Source: Octopus vulgaris
Lineage: Eukaryota
Assembly (NCBI GenBank): GCA_951406725.2
Contig: OX597834.1
Location: 23,250,001 to 23,314,000 of the forward strand
Reading direction: 5' to 3'
DNA length: 64,000 nucleotides
A model generated the notes under the pieces. That model was given only the letters and a program-made list of their open reading frames with translations. It made no database searches and was not told where the DNA came from. How positions within the stretch are numbered: the stretch's first letter is position 1; every line of letters starts with the position of its first letter. This document shows positions 63,159 through 64,000 of this stretch, piece by piece. Both the position numbers and the translations under genes were made by a program.

Positions 63159-63303
63159 GTGTATGCGTGGGGGTGCGGTTCATGTTTAGGGTGTGGCTCC
63201 CCTGAGTACACTGCACTGCGGCCTCGACAGATAGAAGAGTTCCAGAGTACCTGCATTGCTGATATAGCTTGTGGTGATACGCATTGTTTGGCTCTCACAC
63301 ATG
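63159..63303 (+). CDS. HERC1: HERC1 coding exon 9
   Basis: VYAWGCGSCLGCGSPEYTALRPRQIEEFQSTCIADIACGDTHCLALTH; 145 nt. Confidence 0.95.
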
Positions 63304-63383
63304 GTTAGTTTCGACTCTCATCGATAATCGCATGTTGCTTTCTTAAGAAACCTTTATGGAACACAGCTTTGTTTCATCCCAAA

Positions 63384-63419
<36 letters not shown>

Positions 63420-63654
63420 GGTGAGAAGTTGGCAGACTTGTTAAAGTGTGCAGTATTTCTTCTGACTTGTTACATTCTAAGTTCAAATTCCGCCATGGTC
63501 AACTTTGCCTTTCACCCTTTCAGGGTTGATGAAATAAGCACCAGTTGCGTACTGGGGTCAATGTGATTGACTACCCCTCCCCCTTAATTTCAGGCCTTTA
63601 ATCTGTTTTTTTTCTTTATTCATTTGTTTTCCTCTCTTTTTTCCTTTTATTCAG

Positions 63655-63826
63655 AGAATGAGGTGTATGCCTGGGGCAACAACACAATGGGTCAGTGTGG
63701 CCAAGGACACGCTCACAGCCCCATCTCTAAGCCAAAGAAGGTTATTGGGTTGGATGGAGTTAGTATTCACCAGATATCAGCAGGAACATCACACAGTATA
63801 GCATGGACAGCTCTACCCACCGACAG
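63655..63826 (+). CDS. HERC1: HERC1 coding exon 10 (gene continues past the window)
   Basis: (E)NEVYAWGNNTMGQCGQGHAHSPISKPKKVIGLDGVSIHQISAGTSHSIAWTALPTD-R|gtaatg; 172 nt. Confidence 0.95.
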
Positions 63827-64000
63827 GTAATGTGTATGTGTGTGTGTGTGTGGTTGTGTTTGTGTGTGTAGGTGCAGATGTGACTGAGATAAATAGTTTA
63901 CTTCCCAACCACATGATTGTTGGTTCAGTCCCACTGCATGGCATCTTGCCCAAGTGTTTCCTTGTGAAAGGATTTGGTTGACAGAAGCCAGGTATGTATG

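Overview
AT-rich, repeat-dense animal genomic DNA. The SINE/LINE families and the TA/CA microsatellite load look like an Octopus (coleoid cephalopod) genome; this is an inference from repeat content. Three spliced genes can be rebuilt by hand from GT-AG boundaries with consistent phases. (1) The first coding exon of an ALDH16-family gene (ALDH16A1-like) on the minus strand at 8551-8643; the rest appears to run off the left edge. (2) A complete 10-exon PIH1D1 (R2TP co-chaperone subunit) on the plus strand, 11672-26708, 312 aa, head-to-head with the ALDH16 gene as in human. (3) The first ten coding exons of HERC1 (N-terminus plus first RCC1-like domain) on the plus strand from 47975, continuing past the right edge. 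The rest is mostly tRNA-derived SINEs, CR1-, RTE- and R4/Dong-like LINE fragments, hAT/piggyBac/Tc1 MITEs, Helitrons, Penelope-like fragments with minimal hammerhead-ribozyme motifs, and microsatellites. Nearly all ORF-track entries are repeat artefacts. Most notable: the ALDH16-PIH1D1 divergent pair, a tandemly duplicated spliceable last exon of PIH1D1, intronic hammerhead motifs, a perfect 116-bp palindrome beside the large HERC1 exon, several long fold-back elements, and a candidate HERC1 5' exon carrying a uORF. I found no clearly new multi-gene system.
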